Part shown: piece after piece, positions 61,264 to 64,000 of the stretch
Layout of the letters: each line of letters starts with the position of its first letter
How positions within the stretch are numbered: position 1 is the first letter of the stretch
The notes under the pieces: model-generated
Databases searched by the model: none
What the model was told of the DNA's origin: nothing
Seen by the model: only the letters and a program-made list of their open reading frames with translations
From: Octopus vulgaris
Taxonomy: Eukaryota
Assembly (NCBI GenBank): GCA_951406725.2
Contig: OX597820.1
Location: 22,940,001 to 23,004,000 of the forward strand
Length of the DNA stretch: 64,000 nt
Direction: 5' to 3'
Made by a program: the position numbers and the translations under genes

Positions 61264-64000
61264 ATATATATATACATATATACGCACATCCAGAACAGCA
61301 AATGAAGCGGCTGGTTTGGAAATATATTACTTAGTTATTACTGTATACATAGTTACAATTATAAATCAACAGCATTTGCTTTGCAAACATTTCCCCATGT
61401 TATGTTTTCAGGATTGTTTCTTAAGACATAACTGCTTTTAATTAATTCTTCTGTAGTACCAAACTCTCTTAACAGTCTTTCTTACATCTTGCAAAATAAA
61501 TAAAAAAAAAATTTGGCACAATTGCTTTGGCTAAGATTAACTACTACAATGCATATGTCATCCGTCGTTAATAAAAGTCCAAACTTCTGTGTACAGTAAT
61601 GAAAGCAACAGATTAATTTTTGATATTACATATTCAACAGGTTAGATTTCGAGCATTCCTTTCTAGTGTGTAAGATATTCCTGTTTATTGACCAGATTTT
61701 ATTGCTATACATTTATGACGTCTCAGGTAAGTACCTTTACATTCAAAACTGACCTTCAATAGCTTTCCTGTCAACACAAACAGCAGTTTCTTAAACTTCA
61801 AATTACTTAAAATACTTGATACACATACATTACTTCAGCTTCTAATACTGACTGGCTTTCTAAGATAGATAAAATACTTGGCTATTTCAGATGAAACTTC
61901 AAGATAAGCCAGAGTTTATATGTATTTTCGATAGTAGGGATGCAGTTATTACTTCAAATTGTACATCTACTATCACACAGCATAATCTTGTTTTATAATC
62001 TAGATTACATTGAGCCCTTGCATAATAGCCCGTATATTGTCTAGGTTACGTAAGATACATGCTTTATATTAATCTTTTATGTTCTGAAGATCTTTTTCCA
62101 CAATTTGCAAAAGAACCCAACATATTTATAGCAAAGCGCTAACATTCTCCAGTACTAAAATTTGTCACTAATGCTTCAAGAGTTGAAAGTAAGATGACAG
62201 ATCTAGAGAAATTAACTTAGAAACCTTCAAGAATGCACGAACAAAAATGACTGAATTTTTAACTGCCTCACAGATAATTAACTGCTATCAGAAACATGTA
62301 ACCAACATCTTAGCTATTAATCCTAATACAGTGCATGCCAAATGTACAAGGGTCTGTTATGTCATCCAAAGAATTCTTAAATAATATGGTTAATTAACTA
62401 AAAAATCTCTTAGCATTTCAGCAACCACCACCAAAAGTGCTGAGTTTTTGCAACAGAGCCAGTCATTTTAATTCAAAATTTATTCTTTCTCTCACTCACT
62501 GAGATTACATTTGTTTAAAAAACAGGGTGTAATCTTAAAGTGTAGGAAAAAGAGAGAAGGAGAGAAAGATTGCTTAAGTGAGTGAGACTGATTATATTAG
62601 AATTTTCTTTGAAGTTTCAAGGAAAAACACAAAAGTAAGAAGTCAATTGCATGTTCCAAAATAAATACAACTTGTTTTCTTTGAATGAATTCCAATTACT
62701 GTAGTATATCTATCTGTCATGAAAAACAGTGAGCAGCAAAATGGCTCATTCTCACACACACACGTTTTTACATAAACAATACACAAATTGAACAGTGTTT
62801 TTAGACCATGTCATTGCAGTGAATATATTGAAGTAACATCAGTTGTAATCTCATTGGAAATATAAATTGAAACAGCAGTTTAATCTCTCAATTCTCTTCA
62901 TAAAACAATAAAAAAAAATTACTTGTCAATAAAAGCCATAATTCTTAAAACATATATAAATTCACAAAGCTGTGAATAGGACCATATGCTTTATAAACAG
63001 TATTATAAAATCAACTAGTCCTGTTATGAGTATAGAAACGGATTTTCTAACAACTTACTATATGCTAATTTCATGAAGACCAGTTCCTACAGCCCACTTT
63101 TTTCTTCTTTATATTACAATATCTCAATGCATCAGGGTTAATTGTTTTCATTTTACATTCATTTTTCCCTACTCATGTGGATTAGACAAAATTTACATAT
63201 TATCGAGGCACTGTTTTACAACTGGGTACTTTCCTGTCACAAACCCCTGTTTTTCAATTAAAGTTTTCATTTCACTTGTCTTCACAAGCAGAATTACAAC
63301 ATGATTTGTTGACAAGGAAATGTTAACAAACATCACTGTCTTTAACTCAGCAACCTTCATACAAAGTGTAACCATTCACAGACACACATACACAATGGCC
63401 TGGTACAGTTTCTATCAACCAAATTCACTCCCAAAACAAATTATCACCTTATAACCAAGGAACAGAGGAAATCAAATGTGACTATCATAATTCTGAGTTA
63501 TTAATAACTCAGAATTTAACACAAGAGTCGATAATATAATTTCTGAGTGTATTTTCAGAAAAACTTACTATTTACCTAAAACAATATCAACTTATTTGAG
63601 CTTATGTATAAAGCTTTGTTTCAGGTTGTATTTGCTTGGCATATGACTTGATCTGAGACGAGTGTTATAATTGAAACAATTACATCATGTCAAGGGTCAA
63701 GATAGCCATATAAAATGCACTGAACCATAGCTTTCATTTTTGTTTTATTTCTTGGTAGTCTTGCATACTATCAATAACTGCCAAAAGGTTTTGTTGTAAA
63801 TGCACTAGAATTGTGTCAGTCATCAGGTTGTAGATCGACACCAAAACATTTTTAGCACTTTATAACATACAGCACTAGCAAGAGTCCAAAAGTGAAGGTA
63901 ACAGCATATGCGCATGTATTTCAAATAGCCATCTTCGGCTCTTCCCCAGTGTAATTGGCAAAGCTTTATGTTTCTAATCACATCCAACACAATGCCAATA

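Noticed and set aside
61641-61726. Possible + strand exon (aacag|...cag|gtaagt) with one open frame
   Set aside because: Weak polypyrimidine tract, no recognisable peptide, no partner exons found

Overview
AT-rich, repeat-dense, apparently non-coding eukaryotic DNA. No credible host exon, rRNA, true tRNA gene or CRISPR array was found. The repeat content resembles what I know of octopus (coleoid cephalopod) genomes; this assignment is an inference. The + strand looks A-rich by eye, which would fit a long intron of a minus-strand gene. The window holds dozens of copies of several tRNA-headed SINE families (labelled A, B, C, F, G, H here) built from exchangeable head, body and tail modules. It also holds TTAA-flanked piggyBac-type MITEs, hAT-type MITEs, two Helentron/HINE-like copies, decayed LINE fragments (R4/Dong, Hero-like, RTE) and many microsatellites. 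The most notable observations are: (1) a minimal hammerhead-ribozyme motif closing a 41-bp inverted repeat in a probable Penelope-like remnant (7107-7278, minus strand); (2) modular SINE shuffling, with a covarying 3' stem-loop and a 45-nt tail-only insertion seen twice; (3) repeated footprints of locally templated and fold-back insertions that suggest a characteristic repair process; (4) closely spaced inverted SINE pairs that could form dsRNA/ADAR substrates. All alignments were done by eye and the boundaries of decayed copies are approximate.
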